Shown here: positions 53,908 to 62,508 of the stretch, one piece after another | Numbering within the stretch: position 1 is the stretch's first letter | How the letters are laid out: every line of letters starts with the position of its first letter | Origin: an uncultured Planctomycetaceae bacterium | Lineage (GTDB): Bacteria > Planctomycetota > Planctomycetia > Pirellulales > PALSA-1355 | Direction: 5' to 3' | DNA: 64,000 nt | NCBI GenBank assembly: GCA_963785305.1 | Contig: CAWAUV010000008.1 | Span: forward strand, 800,001-864,000 | The notes under the pieces: model-generated | What the model saw: only the letters and a program-made list of their open reading frames with translations | Database searches by the model: none | What the model was told of the DNA's origin: nothing | Position numbers and translations under genes: made by a program

Positions 53908-54750
53908 GTGAGCCACGAATCGACGCAAAAGGCGATCTATCTCCGCCTGATGGCCGGCGATGGAAAAGCCGCCGACGACTTGCTGATGCATTGGGTGAAC
54001 GGTGGCTTGCTCCATAAAGCATGCGAATCCCGAGCCGCCAAGGCCACAAAAAAACGCGGGCTCGAAGAGGATGAATTGCTCTCGATCGCATTCATAAAAT
54101 TGCGTGGAATCGCGCAGGGCCTTAGCGCGCGTGTTCCGCCGATCGAGCCCGACAAACTGACGGCCTATGTGGCCAAAACAATCGAGGAGGAATTCCGGCG
54201 GTCGCGCGCCGCGGTCGCCGTTTTTGGCCCTTCGGAGCGGACTCGCCGGCGACTCCGCACCGGCGATCCGAACGCAAAACAAATCTTGGCCAAGCTCAGA
54301 AAATTCCGGGGCCGCTCCCTTACGATCATTGAGACATTGGTCGCGCGCGAACTAATTGAAAGCCTCCGCGCCATTCATGGCCGGCTGGGGCTCGAAATCG
54401 AACGAATCTCCGGTTTCCTTATCGGGGTCGAAGATGCGACGTTCCTTGTCGGCGCCCGCAAGAGCGTGCCGAAAAAACAAAAGCTTACTGATGCGGTCCT
54501 GTCGCGGTCCACGCACGACGCGCGCGACATAGGGGACGCAATTGACGACGCAAGGCAGCTCTGCTCGTCAGCGATCGAATCCCAGTTGGTCGACAAATCG
54601 CGAATCGGCATGAGTCAGTCCGAGATCGCAGAAGCCCTTGGCGTTGCGCAGCACGATATCGCGAGCCGTGGCGCGATTGGCACGCCGCGCGGAAAGTCAC
54701 GGCGCTCTAAGCGCGTAAAGCATGGTCAGCGATCCGGCCGGGCGAGGTAG
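53908..54750 (+). CDS. Divergent sigma70-like factor / HTH regulator
   Basis: GTG 53908 after GAGG. LMAGDGKAADDLL and EEDELLSIAFIKL resemble region 2; GMSQSEIAEALGV resembles the region-4 HTH. Confidence 0.6.
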   Translation: MSHESTQKAIYLRLMAGDGKAADDLLMHWVNGGLLHKACESRAAKATKKRGLEEDELLSIAFIKLRGIAQGLSARVPPIEPDKLTAYVAKTIEEEFRRSRAAVAVFGPSERTRRRLRTGDPNAKQILAKLRKFRGRSLTIIETLVARELIESLRAIHGRLGLEIERISGFLIGVEDATFLVGARKSVPKKQKLTDAVLSRSTHDARDIGDAIDDARQLCSSAIESQLVDKSRIGMSQSEIAEALGVAQHDIASRGAIGTPRGKSRRSKRVKHGQRSGRAR

Positions 54751-54804
54751 CTTTGCCCGCGGCAAGCTATGCGCCCGGCCGGATCGCGAATTCCTGATTC
54801 GCGC

Positions 54805-55722
54805 TCAAGCCGCCGCCTGGCGGTCGGCCGTCTCGGCGGTTGCCGGAAACCGGGCCGCCACGTCCACTACGAAATCGTAGTGCGATCGCATGACAGCGCA
54901 ACCGCGCTTCGCCGCCCGGCAAACGCCTTGCGCCGCGAATGCCTCATCGCTGGCGCGCCGGTCGATCTGTCCTGCCTCAACCAATTCGGTAATGGCCCCG
55001 CCAATCGACTGGTTTAACTTCGGCGCTTGCGGCGGGCTTCCGTCCGGCGATCCAATATGGTTGCAACGATACGTTTTGACAATGAGTTCGATTGCCGTGG
55101 CCAATGGGCCGGCCAGCGCCGCCATCAGCAAGCCCATATCGGCCAGCCGCCGGCCCTGCTCAAGCAGCTCGGCCGCCGTCGACTCGCACCCGCTGGCATG
55201 TATCTCGGATTCCATCGCGCGGAGCGAGAGGTCGGTAATATGGGTTCTGTCTCGCGGCTTAGTTTCGGCCTTGGCTCCCCCTCGCGGCAAAATGCGATCC
55301 ACGGCCAATTGCCCGGCGATTTGCAAGTCGATGGGCAACGCGCTGATTTGGCGCGCCAAGCCGATCGCCTCTTGCGCGACCGCGACTTGCAAGGCGCTTT
55401 CCCTGCCTCCGAGCGCACCGGCGAACGCCACCTCGATGGCCGGCATTCGTTCGGCGAAAGCCGCGCCGAGCAATCCGGATTTAGTAAGTTTCTCGGAGTT
55501 CTTGACCAAGCTGAAAATCGTTGGACGAAAACTTGCCGTGAGCCGATCGCCGATCCCATGCGCCCGAGCGCGATCGACCAGCGATCGATAGAGTCCGGCA
55601 CAGGCTGACAACAACGCTTGCCGATGCAATCCAAGCGTCGATAGCTCCTGTGATTCGTCGATGAGCGCCGACATGTTCGGGAGCGGCGCGCATTTCACTG
55701 AAACAACTGACGAAGTGGTCAT
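54805..55722 (-). CDS. Hypothetical all-helical protein with an internal two-fold repeat
   Basis: ATG 55722 after GAGG; ~305 aa; see findings. Confidence 0.6.
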   Translation of the reverse strand: MTTSSVVSVKCAPLPNMSALIDESQELSTLGLHRQALLSACAGLYRSLVDRARAHGIGDRLTASFRPTIFSLVKNSEKLTKSGLLGAAFAERMPAIEVAFAGALGGRESALQVAVAQEAIGLARQISALPIDLQIAGQLAVDRILPRGGAKAETKPRDRTHITDLSLRAMESEIHASGCESTAAELLEQGRRLADMGLLMAALAGPLATAIELIVKTYRCNHIGSPDGSPPQAPKLNQSIGGAITELVEAGQIDRRASDEAFAAQGVCRAAKRGCAVMRSHYDFVVDVAARFPATAETADRQAAA

Positions 55723-55926
55723 GGGTTCCTCGAAATAAAGAGACCGCGCGCGGTGTTCACTCCGCGCGATTGAAACGGGATTAGTCGCTGGGGCCATCGG
55801 TCGACACCCCAATTATCGGCACGACGTAGGCGCCCCTTGAGCGAGGGGCGCCGAATTTACGGAATATGCCGGCAAAGTCTAGTTCCGCCACTACCGCGGC
55901 TGGCTTTTGCCATTCCGGGGGTCGGG

Positions 55927-56457
55927 CTACTTGTTCTCGGCCTCTGCCCGCACGATTCTTGCAGTGGCCGGAAACCTTCCGACTCCAATCAACACACACG
56001 AAAACAGAAAGCCAAGCAGACGGCCAAGCATCAGCCCCATATTGTGGATTCGCTCATGACCGCCGCCGAACGAACTGGAAACGCTGTCGTCGAAGATCAA
56101 GGCGAAAAATGCGCATCCAAAAACACCGACCCAACTCACGATCAGGCCGAGCGTCGACGGCGCGAAGGCAACGCGAAACTCAGCTCCCGCCGACCGAACC
56201 GGCCCGGTGGGGGCCAACGCCGAAGGCGTCGGAGCCAGGGGCATGACCGGCGAGAACGACGGATCGAAAAGGGGCGTCGGCGATGCCTGGAACGTGTCGG
56301 CCGGCGGCAAGCTCGGCGGAACAGCCGGCGGAAGTCGGTCATCGGACGGAATCACGACGATCGCCCCACACTTCGCGCACTTCCCCCGCCTGCCGGCGGC
56401 CGACTCCGGCGCTGTTGTCTGATTGCCGCATTTGCAGGTTATGCTAATCATTCCCAT
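55927..56457 (-). CDS. Zinc-ribbon, Pro-rich linker, two-TM membrane protein
   Basis: ITCKCG...AGRRGKCAKCGAIVVIP, Pro-rich linker, two hydrophobic helices. Confidence 0.75.
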   Translation of the reverse strand: MGMISITCKCGNQTTAPESAAGRRGKCAKCGAIVVIPSDDRLPPAVPPSLPPADTFQASPTPLFDPSFSPVMPLAPTPSALAPTGPVRSAGAEFRVAFAPSTLGLIVSWVGVFGCAFFALIFDDSVSSSFGGGHERIHNMGLMLGRLLGFLFSCVLIGVGRFPATARIVRAEAENK

Positions 56458-56625
56458 CGCCTCGGGAGTCGTGAAGCACGCGAACACGCATTTGGCCTTA
56501 GGGCCTTTCCTGTTCCTGCCAAACCGCTTTCTCGGCCGCCAGCCGCCCCCGCGACCGCTGGGGCGACATAGCAATCAGGGCCAGCGGCCACTAGCGCCGG
56601 TCGACCGCCTGGCGAATTCGTCGAG

Positions 56626-56895
56626 CTAGGCCGCGGTAAAGCGGATGCTGCCGCGGCCCAGCCTGCTCGGCGATAGCCGTCCATCGTCGATCATCCGCCG
56701 AATCGTCGGCTGCGAGACATTTAACCTCCGCGCGGCGTCCGCGATCGTGAGCATGCCTTCGGCCGGGCGGTCGGCGGACGAATCGGAAATCGACTCCGCC
56801 GCCGCCAGGATCGCCGCCGCCGTCGATTCCTGAACCGCCGCCAGATAGAAGCGGTAGCAGTCGAGCAGCAAATTCGCGGTTCGCTTCAAAGGCAT
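56626..56895 (-). CDS. Second excisionase-like HTH protein (possible premature TAG)
   Basis: MLTIADAARRLNVSQPTIRRMIDDGRLSPSRLGRGSIRF; ATG 56895 after GGGGG. Confidence 0.8.
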   Translation of the reverse strand: MPLKRTANLLLDCYRFYLAAVQESTAAAILAAAESISDSSADRPAEGMLTIADAARRLNVSQPTIRRMIDDGRLSPSRLGRGSIRFTAA

Positions 56896-56930
56896 TGAAT
56901 CCCCCGCGTCGATCGCACACAATTCCGGGA

Positions 56931-57092
56931 TCAGTCGCCCACGAGCGCCAGAATAGCCCGACGAATCGCCGCGGGCAATGCCGGCCAAGCGTCGATTACC
57001 GCGGACAAATCGGGGTCAATTGCATCGCGTGCATCGGAATTCGCATCGTCCGCTTTTGTGACCCCTGTTTTTCCCGCGATTTCTTCATCAAT
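56931..57092 (-). other. Start-less integrase C-terminal coding fragment, in frame with int only after excision
   Basis: Manual translation gives IDEEIAGKTGVTKADDANSDARDAIDPDLSAVIDAWPALPAAIRRAILALVGD*. Upstream in-frame TAA at 57185-57183 with no ATG in between. Confidence 0.72.
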
Positions 57093-57165
57093 TCGGGTCC
57101 TGTGTCGCCCATTAGAATTTTCACTGAACCCCGGGAAATCACGGTTTTCCCGGGGTTTTTTAATG
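57092..57165 (+). repeat. attR: 74-bp direct repeat (displaced tRNA 3' end plus terminator)
   Basis: TTCGGGTCCTGTGTCGCCCATTAGAATTTTCACTGAACCCCGGGAAATCACGGTTTTCCCGGGGTTTTTTAATG. Confidence 0.96.
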
Positions 57166-57596
57166 GGGCGTCCGACGCAATCTTACCCGGTTTACTGGGT
57201 TTCTCCACGGCGCGCGGCGGATCTGCGCATAGCGCGGCCGGATTTGGCCGTCGTCTTATCGAACTCGGCGGCGGTTTTGAAGTGCGTCGTGCGTTGTTGG
57301 TCGTTTGGAGATAGCGCTCACTAGCGATCACCAGCGAGTTGCCCAGCCCGCGGCCCAGGCGTGCGGCGGGGAACGTTTCCCGTGGCGCGGCTTGTCGTTT
57401 CGACCGCAGGTTCAGGAAAAGCCTGGCGCCCTGTCGCACGCGGAGCGCATTGCGCTCGCCGCTGGGCAAGCTGGTATCATGGAGCGATCGCGCCGCGGGT
57501 TGGGTCAAGGGCTTCGCGAAAGCGGAAGCGGCATCCGCGGCGTCGCCCTGGCGATCCGAGAATCCTTGTGTTCGGCCCGGCGCCGAAAAATTTCCC

Positions 57597-58538
57597 ATGA
57601 CTCACACTCCGACCTCCACGCGGGGTCTCACGCTCATCGAGCTGCTCGTGGTGCTGGCCATCATCGGGCTGCTCATCGCGCTGCTGATGCCGGCGATTCA
57701 AGCGGTGCGCGAAGCCGGTCGCCGCGGCGATTGCATCAACAACTGCCATCAGATCGGGCTCGCGCTGATGAACTACGAAGCGGCGCGCGGCTGGTATCCC
57801 TCGAGCAGCACCAGCGATGTGAACACCGGCGCGTGGTCGTATGCCAAGCAGCCGACCGTGTCGCTCCATAGCTGGGCAAGCATGGTCTTGCCTTACATGG
57901 AGCAAGCGCCGCTGGCCCGCTCGATTCATTTCGATGTTTCGTCGCTCGACCCGCAAAACCTGTTGGCGGGGAGCCAGATCGTGATGACCTATCGCTGCCC
58001 GTCGTTCGATGGCGGGGACTATTCGACCGATCCGCTCTATGCGAGTCTGAGCGCCACCTATGCGATTCGCAATTACATCGCCCTGGGCAGCACGACGGTG
58101 GGCGCGCTCTGGGACCCCGACTCCGAAGGCCAGCGACATCCCGATGGGGTGTTCTACCCGCTCTCGCAAACGCGGGTGCGCGACATTACCGACGGCCAGT
58201 CGCACACGCTGTTCTTGGCCGAGACTCGCGAGCAGAACGCGGCGGTGTGGATCGATGGCACGGCGTCGATGGCGGTGGCGCAGCCGTTTGATGAGAACAA
58301 CGCTCCCAGCTATGCCCAAGCCGTGGTTTCGATCAACGCCATGCCGTATTTTGAATATGGTGGAACCAATGCGATCAACAGCGACTACGGACCTTCGAGC
58401 ATGCATGCCGGCGGTGCGGTGGCGCACTTGTTGGGCGATGGTTCCGCGAGGTTTGTCGACGACGATATCGATCTGGTTCTGTACGACGCGCTCGTGACCC
58501 GCGCCGGCAACGACGTGGTCGACATGGACGCGTTTTGA
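57597..58538 (+). CDS. DUF1559 prepilin-type domain protein
   Basis: GLTLIELLVVLAIIGLLIALLMPAIQAVREAGRR, ITDGQSHT, SMHAGG...GDGS. Confidence 0.93.
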   Translation: MTHTPTSTRGLTLIELLVVLAIIGLLIALLMPAIQAVREAGRRGDCINNCHQIGLALMNYEAARGWYPSSSTSDVNTGAWSYAKQPTVSLHSWASMVLPYMEQAPLARSIHFDVSSLDPQNLLAGSQIVMTYRCPSFDGGDYSTDPLYASLSATYAIRNYIALGSTTVGALWDPDSEGQRHPDGVFYPLSQTRVRDITDGQSHTLFLAETREQNAAVWIDGTASMAVAQPFDENNAPSYAQAVVSINAMPYFEYGGTNAINSDYGPSSMHAGGAVAHLLGDGSARFVDDDIDLVLYDALVTRAGNDVVDMDAF

Positions 58539-58654
58539 ATCCCGGCGCTCGGCCAAGGCAAAGGGCGTTGCCAAGCCGAAGGCGCCGGCATGGAGTTTTT
58601 ACAATTCGCCCGCGAACGCCGCCCATTTCCCTCGACCCTGGAGAACAGTTTTTC

Positions 58655-59456
58655 ATGCGAACCGTGTTCATTGGCGGCGATCCGTTTTGCGTGCGCGACG
58701 AAGGTCAAGGGCCGGTCGTGCTCTTCGTGCATGGCTTTCCGATGGATCATCGGATGTGGTCGGCCCAGGTCGAGCATTTTCGCGACCGCTATCGGGTGAT
58801 CGCTCCCGATTTGCGCTGCTTTGGCCACAGCGTGGCCGGCGTCGATCTCGTGACCATGGAGCAAATGGCCGACGATCTTGCCGCCCTGCTCGACGCGCTT
58901 GAAATCGACACGCCCGTGATCTACTGCGGGCTCTCGATGGGCGGCTATGTCGGCTGGCAGTTCTATCGCAAATTTCGTGGGCGGCGTGCGAGCGCTCGTG
59001 CTCGCCGACACTCGCAGCCAGGCCGATTCGCCCGAGGCGATCCAGTCGCGGACGAAGATGATCGATCACCTGCTTCGCGCCGGCACGCAATATGTCGCCG
59101 AGCCGATGCTGCCGCGGCTGTTCGCGGCCGAGTCCTTCCAGCGCGTGCCAGGCGTGATCGCCGCGGTGCAAGAGACGATTCTCGCGGCCCGGCCCCAGAG
59201 CGTGGCGGCGGCGATTCGCGGGCTGTCGGCCCGGCCCGACATGAGCCCTTTCTTGGGCGAAATCCAGACTCCGACGCTGCTGTTGGTGGGCGAACACGAC
59301 TTGATTTCTCCGCCGGAGGAGATGCGGGCCATGGCCCAGCGGATCACGGGCGCGCGGTTCGAGATCGTGGCGCGGGCGGGCCACATGACGCCGCTCGAGA
59401 ATCCGGCGGCGTTCAACGCCGCGCTCGATCGCTTCCTTGGCGATTTGCTCGACTGA
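58655..59456 (+). CDS. Alpha/beta fold hydrolase (PcaD-like), frameshift near 58980
   Basis: VHGFP, APDLRCFG, GLSMGG, PTLLLVGEHD, AGHMTPLENP. Confidence 0.9.
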
Positions 59457-59583
59457 GGCGTCAGTCGCCCGATTCGGGGAGCAGCTTCGCGCGGGTATGC
59501 GCCGCGGCGAGCAATTGGCCTTCGATGTGCTACAATAGCATGGTCTGGGAGCCCTTCCGCGCCCGAACTTCAGGAGCCCTGTC

Positions 59584-60675
59584 ATGCGCCCCCAATCACG
59601 ATTTCCGCGGCGAGGATCGTCGCGGGTGTTCCGCGATCTCGCTCCGCGGGGCGGTTGCGCCTGGGTGGCCATCGCGCTCCTGTCGCTTGGGCTGGCTCCG
59701 GGCGGCTCACTGGCCAAGCCGCCGGTGGTGATGGAAGTGTCGCTGGAAAAAGGCGCGCCGATCACGGCCTCGAAAGAGTGGTACGACGTGCTGATCGCCG
59801 CGGGCGCCTCGAACCTTCGCATCCACGCCGCCCAGCCGGGCGATCAGCTCAAAGTCGAGGAAGTGGGCGACAAGAACTCGCCGATCTATGAAGTGCATGC
59901 CGCGGTGAAGCTCAACAACGAACTGTATCTACCCGGCGCTCGCTTCACGCTTCGCGACGGCGCTCGCATCAAGCAATGGCTCGACCAGCTCGGCAATGGC
60001 GGCGTGGGCGCCATCGCCGGCCAGCGAACCGCCTTCGGTCTTTCGCCCGACCAACTGCGCGAAGTGAACGACGACCTCAAGCACACGATCGAGTTCTCGA
60101 CGCTCGACATGCCGCTCCGGAAATTCATCGAGCGGGCGGGCGAAGGACGCGCCTTTCCGATCTCGCTCGACCCGGCCGCCGCCAAGGCGCTCGCCGATGC
60201 CCGCGTGGCCGACGAGCTCCAGGGCGTGGCCATCGGCACGGCGCTCGCCGCCGCGACGCGGCCGCTGGGACTGGCGCTTGTGCCCGAGCGCGGCTCGCGC
60301 GGAATCGCGTATCGCGTCGGCAAACCGACGGGCAGCGAATATTGGCCGATCGGCTGGAAGCTCGAGAAGCGCAATTTCGAGGTGCTGCCGAAACTCTATG
60401 AATTGACCGATGTCGAGATCAATGACACTCCGCTGCCCGAGGCGCTCGCGGAGATCGGCAAACTGATCGAAACTCCATTGTTGCTCGACTACAACGCGAT
60501 GGCGCTGCATGGGGTGGAGCCGGCCAAGGTCAAAATCAATTTGCCCGCGAAGAAGCTCAGCTACAGCCAGATATTGCAAAAAGTGCTGTTTCAAGCGCGG
60601 CTCAAGCCGGAGCTGCGCACCGACGACGCCGGCAAGCCGATCATGTGGATCACGACGATCAAACCGGCCCAGTGA
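59584..60675 (+). CDS. Hypothetical exported protein
   Basis: 363-aa intact ORF with a signal peptide and two STN-like segments (FSTLDMPLRKF; INDTPLPEAL). Confidence 0.7.
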   Translation: MRPQSRFPRRGSSRVFRDLAPRGGCAWVAIALLSLGLAPGGSLAKPPVVMEVSLEKGAPITASKEWYDVLIAAGASNLRIHAAQPGDQLKVEEVGDKNSPIYEVHAAVKLNNELYLPGARFTLRDGARIKQWLDQLGNGGVGAIAGQRTAFGLSPDQLREVNDDLKHTIEFSTLDMPLRKFIERAGEGRAFPISLDPAAAKALADARVADELQGVAIGTALAAATRPLGLALVPERGSRGIAYRVGKPTGSEYWPIGWKLEKRNFEVLPKLYELTDVEINDTPLPEALAEIGKLIETPLLLDYNAMALHGVEPAKVKINLPAKKLSYSQILQKVLFQARLKPELRTDDAGKPIMWITTIKPAQ

Positions 60676-60994
60676 CCCAGCTGGAGCAGTGACCCAACGG
60701 GCGCGGCGCCGAGACGCCATCGGTTTCTTCGGCGCGGGTTTCTTTCCAAAGCGGACGCTCGCTCGCCCCGGGGCTTGCCGTTTGGCGGGAGAAGGATCGC
60801 GTCGCTTGCGAAACGCCACAATTATTTTCGCGCCACGCGTGGGCTTTTGGATTTGATTTTTTAGCGATCCGTGGGACTAATAGATATTCACATGCTGGGG
60901 GGGATTCCGTCGCTCCTCGCGGTGGTCGAAGATCGCAAATGATCGACTCTTTCAGTCAGCGCATCGTCACGCGACAGGCGGGGAAATTCACTTC

Positions 60995-62501
60995 ATGGAA
61001 TCTTTCGAGCAGGAGGCGCCGGAGCAGGCGGCGCACCGGCATTCCGGGCATCGATGATATTCTCAAGGGCGGCCTCATAGCCCATCGGCTCTATCTGATC
61101 GAGGGCAATCCCGGCGCGGGTAAAACGACGCTCTCGACCCAGTTTCTACTCGAAGGCGTCCGCGGCGGGGAGTCGTGTCTCTATATCACGCTCTCCGAAA
61201 CCAAGGAGGAGCTGATTGCCGGCGCGAGAAGCCATGGCTGGTCGCTCGATGGCATCGAGATCGTCGAACTGATCACCGAAGAAAGCGATCTCGAAGTCGA
61301 TTCGCAAATCACGATGTACCACCCTTCGGAGGTCGAGCTCGCCGAAACCACGAAACGGGTGCTCACCGCGGTCGAGCGGATCAATCCCCGCCGGTTGGTG
61401 TTCGATTCGCTTTCGGAGTTGCGGCTTTTGGCCCAAAACCCGCTTCGCTATCGGCGGCAGATTTTGGCGCTAAAGCAGTTTTTCGTCGGTCGGCACTGCA
61501 CGGTGCTGCTGCTCGATGACAAGACCGCCGACGCGGCCGACTTGCAGGTGCAGAGCATCGCGCATGGCGTGATCGCGCTCGAGCAGCACACCCCGGCCTA
61601 TGGCGCCGCGCGGCGGCGGCTGCAAGTGCGGAAGTTTCGTGGCTCCGACTTTCGCGACGGATTTCACGACTATGCAATCCGCCGCGGCGGCCTCGACGTG
61701 TTTCCTCGCCTGATCGCTTCGGAGCATTCGGAACCGTTCGCGCTCGAGGCGATCAAGAGCGGCGTCGCCTCGCTCGATGCCCTCATGGGCGGCGGTCCCG
61801 ATCGCGGCACGAGCACGCTGCTAATCGGAGCGGCCGGCTCCGGCAAATCGACGGTCGCGGTCCGATATGCCGTGGCCGCGGCCGAGCGAGGCGACCACGC
61901 CGTGATCTTCGCGATCGATGAAAGCCCTCTCACGCTCGAAGCACGCATGCGCTCGCTCGGCGTCCGGTTCAGCCAGGGAGTCGAGCGCGGCCAAATCAAT
62001 GTCCGATCGATCGATCCCGCGGAGCTATCGCCCGGCGAATTCGCCCACATGGTGCGCGAGGCCGTCGAAACCCACGGGGCGAAGGTCGTGGTGCTCGACA
62101 GTTTAAATGGCTATTTGCATGCGATGCCCGAAGAAAAGTTCTTGACCGCGCAGCTTCACGAACTGCTATCTTATTTGGGTCGCCGCGGTGTCACGACCCT
62201 GATGGTCGTGGCACAGCATGGCCTGCTGGGATCCGCGATGCGATCCCCGGTCGATGTGAGTTATCTCGCCGATTCGGTCGTGCTGCACCGCTATTTCGAG
62301 CACGCCGGCATGGTGAAAAAGGCGATCTCCGTGGTGAAGAAACGCAGTGGCCGGCATGAAGAAAGCATCCGTGAGCTCTACTTCGACTCCGACGGGATTC
62401 ATCTCGGCGAGCCGCTGCGCTATCTGCGCGGCGTGTTGACAGGGACGCCGATCGAAGCAAGTTTCACCGCCCCTCGGCCCAACGCGGCGAACAATCCATG
62501 A
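60995..62501 (+). CDS. KaiC-like double RecA-type ATPase
   Basis: TGIPGIDDILKGG, two Walker A motifs (GNPGAGKT, GAAGSGKS), KFRGS, KKRSG. True start is probably ATG 60995 with an early frameshift (ORF 60939..62501). Confidence 0.9.
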
Positions 62502-62508
62502 TCTGTTC

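Larger units (their letters stand above)
44067..57165. mobile_element. ~13.0-kb tRNA-Val-integrated element (phage-satellite-like island or reduced prophage)
   Basis: Bounded by att direct repeats 13,025 bp apart; carries integrase, HTH/xis, primase-polymerase, AlpA and tape-measure-like genes. Confidence 0.93.

Noticed and set aside
57092..57111. A second tRNA gene
   Set aside because: Only the T-loop and 3' acceptor strand are present; this is the attR remnant.
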